Shown in pieces: positions 10,796-24,254 of a DNA stretch of 57,970 nt. The stretch lies in assembly GCA_003971905.1 (NCBI GenBank), contig RSEE01000118.1:124001-181970 (forward strand), written 5' to 3'. The stretch comes from Moniliella sp. 'wahieum' (lineage: Eukaryota). The first letter of the stretch is position 1, and every line of letters starts with the position of its first letter. The notes under the pieces are model-generated. The model was not told where the DNA came from, did no database searches, and saw only the letters and a list, made by a program, of their open reading frames with translations. A program made the position numbers and the translations under genes.

Positions 10796-13700
10796 AAGAA
10801 CTAGGTTTCCCTGCCCACCCATGGACTAAGTTTCGCCCGCGATGTTCGCCCCCCGAACCCAGTCTTCTGTTATGTTTTGTTACTTTTCTCACTCGTGGCA
10901 ATCCCTGTGGTATCCTGTGCGGCCCTAAGGCCTAAGTGCATGGACGAGGCGAACCGCGAGCCAGGCAACGACCCGACTCCCAATCCTATGCTTTCTTTTT
11001 TTTCTTTTTCTTTATTTTGGTCTTTTTCTCTCGAGACGCAGCAGGAGACGAGAGTGTTAGTAGAGGGATTCAGGGATTCGCAGAACCGGACCAGATCGGG
11101 ATTGGCATCGGAGATACATTGGACGGATTGAACGCTCCTCGACGTGCGTGTTCGTCGTGTACCTGAGGGTTACCCGTACAACTCAAGCAGACATGGGGCG
11201 TGGCGAGCCTTACTACTGTTAATAGAGTTGTTGGGCTGTGTGCAGGTAGTGGTCTACCGCGAGGCTGGAGTCAGCGCTGAGCCTCAGCTCAGCGCTCGTG
11301 CCAGCCCTTCCTCCTTAGACCGTCCACCCGCAATTAATGTAGCCACGTCCTGGTGCACTCGTCTATGGACCGCAATGGATGCTGGAGCGTTTGGGACAGC
11401 AGCGTAGGCGATCGATTCCGGGCGAGAGGTAGGCGTTGGTGGTAGGAAGCAGGACGAGGGCTACAGGAGAAGACTATTATACTATAGTCGTTGGCTTCCC
11501 ATCAGTTGTCTTCGGAGCCCGCGGAGCCTCGGGGCTACTATTATATTACTACTATAGTAGGGCCACTGGAGTGCGCCGCGATCGGTGAAGCAAGCCACCG
11601 TCGCAACACCGTAGCAGACGCCTTAGTTTAGCCTGTTGCATTCCCTCTGACTGCAGTGCCAGGTAGTTCCTCCCCCTCCCCCCTCCCTCCTCCCCCCGCC
11701 GCTCGGATCCGCCCAGCCCACCTCTCCTCTCCCACCCACGTACAGGGCCAACCGAGCCGCGGCCCGATCGCTTCGCTGTTGGCACCCAAGCCGAACAGGT
11801 TCGTCTTGCCTCGCGGTTCTGTGGTAGGTGAGGCTGGACGGACCCACCCAGGCCTGCTGTAGCACCTCCTCGAGGATGGCTGCCTGCCATTGAACAAAAG
11901 AACCGAGGCCAAGGCAATGATGAAGGGAACAGGAGCCTACAATCATGGGAAGCGTGGAACGGTTTGTGAGAATCCCTCTTTCCCTCTCTCCCTCAATACG
12001 GTCCCCGCAGACCTTAGGCCCTCGTACTGGGCCACTGACAAAATTCTATAGAAATGCAATGTCTCTCAACGTCGGACCACGAACAGGGCGCCGCACTACC
12101 GCTAGAGGTAGAGAGCATCATGGTGTAGCAGAGCCGTTCCCAACTTCGATCACCCGCTAGCGCCGAGGCTGGACGGTGGGGCCATATTGTCCGCTGCGGC
12201 CGAGAGCGGATGGACTGGCAGATGGAGGATAGAACACGGATGGGATGGGTGTTAGACCGCCACGCGCCGTTTACTATCGTCACAACTACACCATATGAGT
12301 CACTATGTAGTGAGTAATAGAAAACGTCACACATCCCCAGACGTAATCGGTGTCACATCGATGGCATGGCCATCGAGCGTTTCGCGCGACAAACGAGGAG
12401 ACTGTCGTGCTGCGGTGTCAGCTGTTTTTCTGACATGGCATCGGCGCATGGGCGCAGAGGCACATGGAAAGAGGCGATGGTGGCGTATGGTATATCAGAG
12501 CCAGAGTAAAGAGATCTCTCTCCCTGCATATATCTCTTCCGACTCTACTGTTGTATGAGCATGTGCCCCCCCTCTTCTCTCTGGAGTTTTGCCTGTATAG
12601 TTTACACAGCAAATGTCCCTGTAATAGCTGTCGCCACGAAGTGTGTAGGTTCGGGCACGGAAGGAGCTAGGCACGATCTGGGCCCACGCACTGCTGTGAG
12701 CGCGGGTGAGGCCAGAGACATGACGGCGCCCGGGGATCTGGGCGCTCAGGCTGAACGCTGATGCACAAACTTACGACAGGCAGGCAAAGTAAATAACTAC
12801 ACTTCTATGGTACGGATCCAGATCCGATACGCACTGCGAACTTGAGAGGTCTTAGTCGGCCATCGCCTTTCTTTGTCCCCAGTAAAAGTACTCAGCAACT
12901 CAGTACTCAGTATCCTCACCGAATCCACGCCACCTGTACTCTTACTGTATCCGACAGGTCCACCTGACGATCATGGCGTGTGGGCCCGGCCACTTCGATC
13001 TGGCCTCCCAGCATCGCAAACCTAAGTACGGTAGGACAATAAGACAGATTTGAAAGAGTGTCATGGTGTGGCAGAGTGTGGCCCGCTTTAGGACCACCGT
13101 TTTGAGGTGATGTGGTTCGGCCGCATGCTCGTATGGCCGAGAAAAGGGGGGAGTTCCCGCCGTCGACATGTTACCGCGCGACGTGGGGAGCGCGGGGCCC
13201 CTTCGTCGGAACTTGGTACTGTCTCATTCCGGGGCCAGGAGGAGAAACCTGTAGGTACGGCGGCGATTGTGATCGGAAGATGAACCTAAAGTGGACGAAA
13301 GCGGGTGGCGAGATGTTGCTCTGGTCTGGGGCTGGCAGGCCGTTGGCAGAAGACGTGCTACACAGTGTGTGTTTTGCGGGCCAGTGCTTTTGCATGTCTA
13401 GACTGGAAAACTTGCCACCTGTCTGTGAATGTCCGCGTTGCATCCGAAAAAAAGCACTGCACCTCTCTTCTCCGCGGGTATTCTGTCTGTTGGATTTAAC
13501 AGTTTGCACAGAGGGAATTCGAGGAGGGGGGGGGAGGGCTGTGTGTGCATGCGAAGTAGCGCGAACGTTGTGCCGCTCTCTCTATAACCTCACATATCGG
13601 GCCAGAAGTAAGACAAGCCATTTTCCCAGAAACATTTTGGGGAGGGGGGGGGCATGGCAGATCAAGAGAGGCGTGTGTCAAATGCGAATCTCTCTTGAAG

Positions 13701-15784
13701 AGAAAACAACGGTATACATATAAATGGACCCACTCCTCTTGGCAAAACAACGTACCCACTACAAGTCCTTTCTCTACCACTCTCCGGGTACAGTTTACAC
13801 AACAACTCAGTGTCCAGGTCCATTTTACCGCGCGGTCCACATCATGCCTTTATCTCATTTGGAAGCATTCAAAAACCGGCTGCACTCCGGCCCATACATT
13901 GGAACCGAGAACGGCGTTCCGGCGCTGGAAGAGACATCGTGGATGGGAACACACGCATCTTCTCTCTCAACCCGTTCCTCACTGCGGAGGAGGAGGTCGG
14001 GCCCGAGCCAGTGGTTTTGGTTCTCCCCCCTGCCACCAACGACGGTTGTGCGTTCGATCTGGATTCGAGGAGGCGACTAGAAGTCCCTCCTCTCCTCTCT
14101 CTCACCCCCTCCCTTGCTATGGGCCAACAGCACCACGTCCAACGACGAAGGCACTGTCGCCACTCCTGCTGCTCTTCCTCGTGAAACAACCCTGTCGAAT
14201 GGGTTGACCCCTCCACCCCCCCGCCTGCTCCTCTTCCCATGTGGCGGAACGGGTTGGGATGGAGGAAGGACAAGAGGGGAGTCTTACGTCCGGCCTGGAG
14301 GGAAGTATGACTGGGTACATGGGGATGACGAAGGATCTCTCCCACTTGTCACAACCGTTAGACAAAACGACAACGGGGAGGGGGGGCAAACCGTTGCCCA
14401 TCATGCACTCCCTTCCTCCCACCCCAGTCCCACGAACAAAGGATTACACTTGTCGGCCAATGCCACTGGATAAGGGCGAAGAGAAGGCTTAGTTTACTAC
14501 TCTGTGGCTCTGTGGTTGCTAGAAAAAGGCACACTGAGGGTCATGTACCACCCCTCCCCGTGTCTCCACTCGACGGGATTATAGGCACCTCCTGTCCTAA
14601 CCGTCCTCCTTGTTTTGAATGGAGCTACTCTTCTGCAGATTTGAACCCACACCCCGTTTAGTTTTAACCCTCTCGACCCTCATCCAATAGTCAATCTCAT
14701 ATAGGCGTAGACCTTTTCTGTACGTCTCACCACGTTCATTTCTGGTCTGGCTCTCCTTTCGGAGACGAACCCGCACACTTGTTGCATTTGCAAGACCACA
14801 GATGAAGCTTCATGCATCATGCAGCGAGTATTTGGTGACAGCAGCCATTGTATTGTTCCTTTAGTTAGATCAATCCCCTCTTCTGTCGCGTAAATAGGAG
14901 CCGCCTCACTTTAGTTTGCAAACCGAGTAAGTAGAAGGGGCAAAAGAGAGATGTGTTTCGTTGGTATTGGACTACTGGCGGACGCTTGCACTATGGTTCG
15001 CGAGCCTGGCAACACCAGGGGCTCGCCGAAGGGGCAGAGAGGGCACGGCGCGTGACGTGGCGCGTCCTTGGGGAGCACTGGGCGCACTAGTGGTCAACGC
15101 CTCGGTCATGATGAACAACTCTCTTACAGAATGATGAGTTGTTGATTATTTCGTTTTGATCACCCTTCTTTGTCCCTTTTTTCGTATCGTCATCAATTCT
15201 GGTTCCCCACACGCCACCGCTACCACCATGGATGGCAGGGTGGACGTGGGAGCATGCGATGTCTGTGGGGCGTCGGTGCGCCCTCTCTGTCGAGGGTAGT
15301 AGTAGATAGACCCAAGAGACGGAGGAGCGGAGAGGCTGGGCGGAACGGTGCAAAACGGTCGGCGAAGATGAGGCCGAGAAGTGCAGTGTGTTGCCTGGGT
15401 TGCGAATTGCAATTTGTTCTGATCGATGGTAGTGATCGATGATCGATGATCCATCCGATCTGAGCGATCTGAGCGCCTTGGCGGCTTGCTTTGTTTTTTG
15501 CGGTTTCTTTTATCGCGGCCATCCCGTTGCTCCTGAGCTACGGCTTGTTTGGTCTTGCTTGCCTTGCTCCCCGCCTCTTCCTCCATCTCCGCTGCTCAGT
15601 CCAGCCCACACGGCCTCCAGCTTCCATCCACCGTGCCTTGGCTCCCGAGCTTGCCAGGCTACATCCCCCCCGCACCCTCCTGGCCCTTTGCCTGCCGCCC
15701 CCACCTTCCATCCCTATCCCGCGCCATCTCGCCGTCTTAACGCGCGTGGTGCCCCTCCTCTCCGTTCCTCACACGCGGGCCACC

Positions 15785-17917
15785 ATGTCCTGCCAACCAT
15801 GCTGCCGACCGCCCACGCCGCCCGGGGGTCGGTCGTCGATCAACAAGTTCGTCTCCTCCTCGCGCAACATGCCCAACATGCAGCAACTCTACCTCGACTC
15901 GGCCACGCGGCGCGACACGACCGTCGCTGGGTCCAGCACGTTTGCCCCTGCGTTGCACTCGCGCTCGGAAGTCTAGCGGACCTGGCTGCGTTGCACAAGT
16001 TGCTCGAAGGTCGGGAGGGGGAATACGAGTGGGCGCGAAAAGACGACGAGGCATTGGCGGCGATCAATGCCAAGGAAAGGCACGATGCTGGGCTGGTTTT
16101 ATGCGCGGCAGAATGCCATTCTGGATTCGTGGAATGAGGTGGACGTGATCCTGTTTTCTCCGTTTCCTGCGGCCATCTTGCAACGTTTTGCGTCCAAGGA
16201 CCAGGTCAAGAAGAGCGCAGAGAACGCAAACAGGCTCGTAAGGCCGTCAAGTTTTATACCCCTACGCCCCAAGTTCCTGCCTCGCCATCGTCGGCGTTGG
16301 AGTTCAATGTGGGTGGCAGAAGTAAATCCATCTCGGCTCGTGGAAACGGACGAGATGCGTCATGTCGCCCGGCACGTCGCCGGAACGTAAGGCGCTGTTG
16401 CCATTGGCCCAATCCACAGCCCAGGCTCCCGCGGCGGAACAGTACGGGGCGCTATTGGAGATGGCGATGGAGTGGGCGCGGCCGAGCAGTGTTTGACCCA
16501 CAAGAGTCGGCGCTACAGTGGCAAAACGTTGGCGGATCTGTTTGGTACCTGGACCCTAGCTTCCGACGCGCCCCAAGACACCGTGATTGAGATGCCCAAC
16601 GAATCTGCCCCCGCCGGTTCCTCGAACCAAGATGCGAAAGCGAGCAACGCCTTGTCCTGTCGGCCGAACCCGAATCGGAGGCCGACTCCACTGTGCCGCC
16701 CTCTTCTCATGAGGTGGATCCCGAATCGAGTGAATGGGAGGATGGTCCTGCCCCTATTCCGGCGCCCGAGGCGAGCATCCTGGCCCATGTGGCAACCCGG
16801 ATGGAAAGCGGGAGCAGGAACGGCGACGGTTGATGGCCCATGTGCCAGGTCTAGCCGAGAAGGACGAGGCGTCCGAGGCTCAGATTCATTTGCGATCAAT
16901 ATCAATTTGGCGGCGAATGTGGCATTGTTGCTGGGAAAAGTTTTGGCCTGCCTCTCGTCGCGCTCCATCTCGCTGTTTGCCAGCTTGGTCGACTCGGCGC
17001 TCGACTTGCTCTCCACCTTGATCATCTTCGGTACCTCGCGTCTGATTGCGCATCGCTCGTTCCAAACAGTGTACAAGTATCCTGTTGGCAAACGAAGGTA
17101 TGCCCCTCCCTCCTTCTCAGTCCCCCGCTACTCTGCTTCTCATGTTGTGTGATGAGACGGCTAACCTCTTTGAGGTCAGGTTTGAGCCACTGGGTGTGGT
17201 AATCTTTTCAGTACTTATGTGTGGCTCTTTCCTCCAAGTTTTGCTCGAGTCCACCCAACGCCTGTGGGCGGCGCTCATGGTGACTCGGAAGAGGTGCCTA
17301 GCTTGCCGTTGGTCGGGTTGGCGGTGATGTTGGTCACGATTGTACTCAAGGCGTTCATGTGGATCGCGTATCGCACAGTCGTTCCAGTGGTGTTCGAGCT
17401 GTGGCGCAAGGTACGTCGACTCGCTTGATTCCCCTTGCCCTGGACTTGTTATTGACTGTGCCTTTTTTTCGCCCAGACGCTGAGAACGACGTGATCTTCA
17501 ATATTGTCTCTCTCATCTTCCCTCGTTTAGGCCAGTTTTTGGGCACCTCTGTCTTGGACCCCCTGGGTGGCATTCTGCTGTCGCTTTACATTATTCACGA
17601 GTGGCTTGAGACGTTGATGGAACAAGTCACCAAGTTGAGCGGCAAGGCGTGCGGTTCGGAGGAGATTGCTCGGGCATTGTACCTCGTCACGCGCTTCAAG
17701 GATGTCGAGTCGGTGTCGGGGTTGGAGGTGTACCACGCGGGGGACGGGATGATCATCGAGGCGGATGTGGTGTTGCCCTACGATCTCTCTCAAGGAGGCG
17801 CACGTGGGAGAGGTGTTGACGTTTGCGCTGGAGTGCTTGACGGACGTGGAGCGTGCCTATGTGCACTTGGACTACAATGCCCATGGGCCCATGGGCCATC
17901 TGGCCCAACGCGGCTAA
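15785..17917 (+). CDS. Cation diffusion facilitator, Mn-CDF (MTP8/9-like) type; introns 17098-17179 and 17411-17476; frameshifted
   Basis: FYARQNAILD, FAININLAANVALL, ASLVDSALDLLS (TM2 DxxxD), KYPVGKRRFEPLG, QDAENDV (TM5 DxxxD), LDPLGGILLS, YHAGD, VERAYVHLDY. Confidence 0.9.
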
Positions 17918-19515
17918 CCTCCCTGCTCTCTCCATTGCTTGATGCTTGCTACCCCGACCCGCAGTGCGTCGCTTTCACTTCTTTGGCTTTGCCAACAAGA
18001 GTGCCTCGCTTTCTCTATAGTGTTTTCCGAATTAATGATGCCTCTTGTTTGGAGTTGGAGTGAGCCTGCTTCTCACACAGCTACCTCGCCCTGATCGAGC
18101 AAGCCGGTATTTGGAGCGAGGACTAGGACGGTGGTGATGGTTGATAAACGCCACACCCGGCAGCGCTCAACGCAACGCGCGTGTACAAAAAGTTGCTCCC
18201 GCCGTCGCCCGAGCCCAACAGAGGCGATTGGAGGTCGATGCCGTCGGCGGGCTGTCGTCGATTCTCACTCAGGTACTCAGGCACATTGGGGCGGTGCGGT
18301 AGAAACATCCTCGTCGCCCCCCGGTTAAACCCTTGTGATTGCACTTTCGTGCCGGGGGCGTTCCGCTGGCAGATTCCGCCCCGCTCGCTGCTTGCGGCCT
18401 AATACGTTGCCCAGGTATATTAAGCAGCTGCTCTTGTTATAAGCCGCCCTTAGGCTGGCTGCTCCGCCCCGAGTGGCCTAATACGCCCGAAGCCCCCAGC
18501 GGCAACGAGGACCCACTGGTAGCCGCCCTGATGGCCACTGGCACTCGCTGGCCTCCTCGCCGTCACTGCCTTTTTCCTGGCCCTGCCATCTGTGGCTGCC
18601 GCACCTGCGCCGTTCCCACTACTTCACGATGGTCAAGCCGTGTGTCCATCCTTTTCCCCCCCCCCGATCCGCGCCCTCTCGCGCGTCCCTGACCTGCCCA
18701 CCTCGCGCCTGTTGTGCCACCTCCAGTGCAAGGACGTGCGGGACGCACTGGCACATGCCTGATGGCCGGTCCATGCGTCTAGCGCGACGGCCTCAAGCCC
18801 AGCGACTGTCTCCGGCATCATAAGGACGAAATGTCTACCGAATGCCTCAAACGTCTACCGCTCCTACGTGGCGTGCTGACGCGGCATCCTCGACATGCGC
18901 CAACGATTCCGCATGTCGGCTCCGATTGTCCAGACCTCCGACCGTGCTCGCGAACGAGAACATGCTGCACGGCTGAACAGCTGGCCAGCGACCCGAACCG
19001 ACAACCTGATCCTCTTGCGAAACCTGGCTGGGATGTCTTGCAACGCATATCTAGTTGTTGGTATCGGCTTGCCTTTGCCACATTTTGTGCCCCCCCCTGC
19101 TCCATTCCCTGTGCCGCCCCGGACGCTGCTTTGCCCATCTATCGAGACCTCAAGAGAAAGATCCGTCTGCCCTGGCCTACTATGTGCAGGGAAAGCGGAA
19201 ATATATCCCTTTCGGGCATGCCCGAAAGATGCATGACCCATTCCCTCTCCTTGGCCTGGGTTCTTGCTGGCACCAGCGGACTCGCACGTGAAGGGTTGCT
19301 GCACTGTTGCTACAACAACCCGACGCAGAAACCAAGAAGCAGCAAGTGATAAACCTCAAGTCACACATCACCCATGCGTGGCCGAGTGACTGATGTGCTT
19401 ATGTGCTACTGGTAGCCTACCTTCTTGGCTGATTTGTAGCCACAGTAGCTCGTCTTCGGCACCTCTTGCCTCTTTTCCTTTGGTGGCCATTGCCATTTTG
19501 CTCCTCTCACTCTCC

Positions 19516-22390
19516 ATGTCGTTTTCGACGGCACAGGCGGTGCGTGCGAGGACGCACTTAGCCTCCGCACGGGGAGCTGGGTCTCTGCGCTCCGTATCTC
19601 AACCCGCCTTTCCCTCGGAGTTGAACGACGCTGACGCCATCATCGAAGCGGGTCTGCTTTCGCCCCAGGAAGAAGCACCGGACAAGCCAGATGCCTACCC
19701 TCCAGCCCACCAAAGCGGGTCTACTTATCTTCCGGGACTGGCCAAATGTTTTTGTCATCGTCGTCTGGGTCTACTTTATCCGGCACTACCGCTCTTGCGC
19801 ACATGGAATGGCGTCTTGTCGTTGCCATCGCAATCGTTGCCGCTTTCTTTCGTTTCTCTCTCTCATCCGACCGCCAGCAGCATTGTGTAAGTCCCCCTTC
19901 CTCCACCTAGCAAGGACCGAATAAAAGACGGACACGGGGCTGACACTCGGCTACGAAAACGGTTTGACGAGTTCATTTCGGCGGGTTTGCCAGCCAGTAC
20001 ATCCGTCGCCAGTTCTTTATCGATGTGCACCCGCCTCTCGCCAAACTTATGATCGCCCTGGCTGCGTACGTGGGGGGATACGATGGCCAGTTTGATTTTG
20101 GTGACATTGGCAATGAGTACATTGTTGGAGAACGGCCTGGCCAGCCGGTGCCCTACGTCGGGATGCGGTTCGTATCGGCCCTGTGTGGGTGGTTGCTGGT
20201 CCCAGTAGCTTTCATCACCCTTCGAGCGGCGGGAGTGCGGACTGGGTCGGCCTTGGTGGGCACCTGTTTTGTGTTGCTGGACAATGCACTGGCGACCCAC
20301 AGTCGGTACATTTTCCTAGACGCCCCGCTGGTACTCTTTACTGCTACTACTATTCTCTGCTGGGTGTGCTTTGGCAAGGAGGATGCTCGTCGACCTTTTA
20401 CGCGGGCCTGGTGGGTTTGGCTCCTGGCGACTGGGGTTTCGCTTGGGCTTGTATTGAGCGTAAAGTGGGTCGGGCTTTTCACGGTCGCTACCATTGGGGT
20501 GGCGACAATCATGCAACTCTGGCTGCGCCTCGCTGATCGCCGCAGTTCTGTATGGGATCTGTGGCGACACTTTGTCGCTCGAGCTGGGGCGCTCCTTGTC
20601 GTCCCCCTCACCATTTATGCTTCGACGTTCTGGATCCACTTTGCTATCCTCAATCGTTCGGGCGATGGAGACGGGTTCATGTCGCCTGTATTCCAACATA
20701 CACTCCATGGACGGGCGATGAACGACACGTACGTGCCAGTCGCACTTGGTAGCTCGGTCACCATCCGGCATACCATACGCGCGGCGGGTACCTTCACTCG
20801 CACCCCTTCCACTATAAAACTGGCTCCGAGCAGCAACAAGTCACCCTCTACCCCCATGAGGACGACAACAATGTGTGGGAAATCGTCGCTGCACCTTCTT
20901 CGGATGGGCCTGTGGACGCCGACGGGTTTCCCCTCACGCTTCCCGCGGCTCCCCTCGCGAAGTGGAGAAGCATTTGAGCCGGCTGGATTGGCTCTACGAC
21001 GGGGCAGCTGTGCGTCTGGTCCATCGGGCCTCCGACGCTCACCTCCATTCGCATAAGGTCCGGGCGCCCGTGACAGACGCGGATTATCAACATGAAGTCT
21101 CGGCCTATGGCTCCCCTGGGTTTACCGGCGATGGCAACGACAATTGGATCGTGGTCATTGATCCAACCGAGACGATCGGTGGCCGAGCGCGAGAGCAGGT
21201 CCAAGCGCTCCGTACCGTCTTCCGCTTGCGCCATGCCTCGTTGGGCTGTTACCTGTTTAGCCACAAAGTTGCCCTACCCGACTGGGGGTTTGGCCAGCAA
21301 GAAGTGACCTGCAATCAGTGGCCTACCCGCCCCAATTCCCTCTTTTACATTGAGACCAACTTTCATCCTTTGCTCGAGCAAGATGTTCACACCGAACGAA
21401 TCAACTACCCCGTCCCTTCCTTTTGGGCCAAATTTGTCGAACTTCAAAAAGTCATGTGGACCACCAACGCCGGTATCACTGCTCATCACACCTACCAGTC
21501 CCGGCCTCAGCAGTGGCCGTTTTTGCGGCGCGGGGTCAACTATTGGTCGCTGCAGCATCGCCAAGTGTACCTGTTGGGCAATCCCTTGGTTTGGTTTAGC
21601 GCCGTGGCGTCCGTCGGGTGTACCTGGCAGCACGGGCGCTGTTGATTCTACGTGCCAAGCGGGGGCATACCATCGACCTGGACCCGGCGCTTGTGGCGCA
21701 CTACGATGGCTTCCTCGCCTTCTTGGTAGCGGGTTACTTGCTGCATTACCTCCCTTTCTTTGCCATGCACCGCCAACTCTTCCTGCATCATTACCTACCC
21801 GCCCTCTACTTTGGCATTCTCACCGCCGCCACAGTGCTGGACACTGTCACTGTCCGCTCAAGCCGCGGCTGCGAAGTACCTCACCGCGACCCTGGCGTGC
21901 TGGACTATGGATGTTTTGGCGGCTCAGTCCACTCATCTCGGCCGGGGAATGGACGCGGGATAGGTGCATGGCCGTTCGCCTGCGACAAACATGGGACTTG
22001 GACTGCATCAACTTCCCCGCTTCTACCACCGAGTACCGTGCTTGGCCGCCAGTGGTGCGAACGGCCGAGTTGTCTTTGGTCGACCCGCATCCAACCACCA
22101 CACCACCCTCCTCTGTCCTCCTCCTCCCCCACCACGCGGACACCGGACCGTTGGATCCCGCACCTGGGAACCATGCTTTGAGCAAGCGGCGCACCTGGCC
22201 CACGACTCGGGGCGCCTGTGCGGGCCCTGCGGTGGATGCTCCCAACGGCTGGGCAGAAGCAGGGCGGAATGGGCATGGACTCGACGCCAAGCAGCTGCAG
22301 AACATGGTGTTGGGCGGGACAACGGCCAAGGGGGTGGGCCAATCGGGTGCGCGTGCGGGAACGACGGGGACGACGGCATTGGGCATCTGA
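19516..22390 (+). CDS. PMT1: Dolichyl-phosphate-mannose protein O-mannosyltransferase, PMT1 subfamily (intron starting 19887; frameshifted)
   Basis: FDE.HFGGFASQYI..FFIDVHPPLAKL, SRYIFLDAPL, SVKWVGLF, SGDGDGFMS, MIR repeats (LHSH, HEVSAYG, LFSHKVALPDWGFGQQEVTC), VYLLGNP, RQLFLHHYLPALYF. Confidence 0.93.
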
Positions 22391-23211
22391 GGCTGCGAGT
22401 CCTGAGGGGAGGACAGACGAAGCCCCAGACCAGATGGCGCTGGGAGGCTATAAGGCCTAAGGCCTAACTAAGGTTCCAAGACGCGACGTGCATTGCTGCG
22501 TCGTGCATCACATGCTCATCACGTGCATCCCATCGAATGGAGCACAGTGACTAGTGAACGTTCACGCTGAACGTTCAAGCTGAACACGTGGAGGTAGTGC
22601 AGGTAGTGCATCCCAGCTCGGTCGCAAGCTTGGGCGCCCCATGGCGTTATCGATTATCCGATTCAGAGCGCAGACTGAGCTCACCCATCTGTCGCATTCC
22701 GCTGCCGGAAAGGCGGCGCCGGGCGGGCCGGACACTACCTGGTAGGTTACCGGTGACTGGTAGTGCTGCCGCCACATGTCACATCCGGCTGCCGGTTGGA
22801 GGGGCCGGTGCTGGCGTGGGGGCAGTCTGGGCGCCGGCACGGATCCGGGCGGTCCCACACCAGATGCGGACACTCGTCCCACGCGGGGCTCTAAGGTAGC
22901 GCCGCTGCTCCGCTTGACGGGAAGCTGCCGCCGGCGCGCGACACTCGGTCTCTCTCACGCGACGGCTCCATGCCGCCGTCTGGGCCGTCGGCGTACCAAC
23001 ACTCTGGAGAGTGCGTCAGCAGCGCCACACTGTATCAGCCCAAGTACTCGCAGCACTCAGTCTGAGTCCTCACCCGGAACCAGCGCCCCCCCAAGGGTAT
23101 AATAGCAATTCCCCGCCTCCGTCTTTCCCTCCTTTTGTCTTCTCCGCTCCCCTTCTCTTTCCACCACCACACCACCTCTCTCCCTCCCCCCTACTCCCAC
23201 GCCTGCCCGAC

Positions 23212-24254
23212 ATGTCCAAAGACGCCAAGAAGGTCGCTCCCTCCACTCACCTCATTGCCGGTGGCATCGCCGGCTTCTCGGAGGCCATCACATGCCACCG
23301 TACGTTTGGTCCCCGTTTCTTGCCTCTTCCCGTTTCCTCTCCGCGCTGCCTGCATCACTGCATTGTCCACACTTGCTGACACGCACCCTTGCTGCAGCTC
23401 TCGACACGATCAAGGTGCGCATGCAGCTCAGCCGTCGCGGCAAGGGCGCCAAGCCGCGCGGGTTCATTGCAACGGGTGTGCACATTGTTAAGAAGGAGAC
23501 AGTTCTCGGTCTCTACAAGGGCTTGGGCGCTGTGGTAACGGGCATTGTACCCAAGATGGCCGTCCGCTTCTTCTCCTTTGCCGAGTACAAGTCTTGGCTG
23601 GCCGACAAGCAAACAGGCGTGACGGCGCCTCGCAACGTTTTCCTTGCCGGTCTGATGGCTGGTGCAACGGAAGCAGTTGTGGTGGTCAACCCATGGAGGT
23701 GGTCAAAATTCGCTTCAAGCGCAGCAGCATTCTCTCGCCGATCCGCTCGAGCAGCCACGATACCGGAACGCGGCCCATGCGCTCTACACGATTGTTAAGG
23801 AAGAAGGCCCTGCGACGTTGTACCGCGGCGTGGGGCTGACCGCGTTGCGCCAGGCCACCAACCAGGCCGCCAACTTCACCGCATACCAAGAACTCAAGTC
23901 CTTTGCTCAAAAAAACAAGGCGTCGAGGTGTTGCCCGGGTACCAGACCATGATCATCGGTCTCATTTCCGGTGCGCTCGGTCCGTTTACCAATGCACCCA
24001 TTGATACGATCAAGACACGCATTCAAAAGGCCCAACGGATTGAGGGGGAAACGGCCTTTAGTCGTGTGTCCAAGGTTGCTGCGGACATGTTTAAGAACGA
24101 GGGCCTGTCGGCCTTCTGGAAGGGCATCACGCCTCGTGTCATGCGGGTTGCTCCGGGTCAGTCGGTTGTCTTTTGGTATACGAAAAGGTCAAGAACCTTA
24201 TTGAGGATCTAAGAAAGGTGACTACTCATCCGCGACGCCAACTCTGAGGAATAA
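23212..24254 (+). CDS. SFC1: Mitochondrial succinate-fumarate carrier (intron 23300-23397; frameshifted)
   Basis: CHPLDTIKVRMQLS, LYKGLGAVVTGIVPKMAVRF, VVNPMEVVKIRLQAQ, YRNAAHA, LTALRQATNQAANFT, NAPIDTIKTR, KGITPRVMRVAPGQ match the Sfc1/Acr1 subfamily. Confidence 0.93.

Noticed and set aside
19887..19965. Non-canonical 3' splice site (ACG instead of CAG) in the PMT1 intron
   Set aside because: Most simply a dropped base in AAAACAG, and another deletion lies a few bases downstream.
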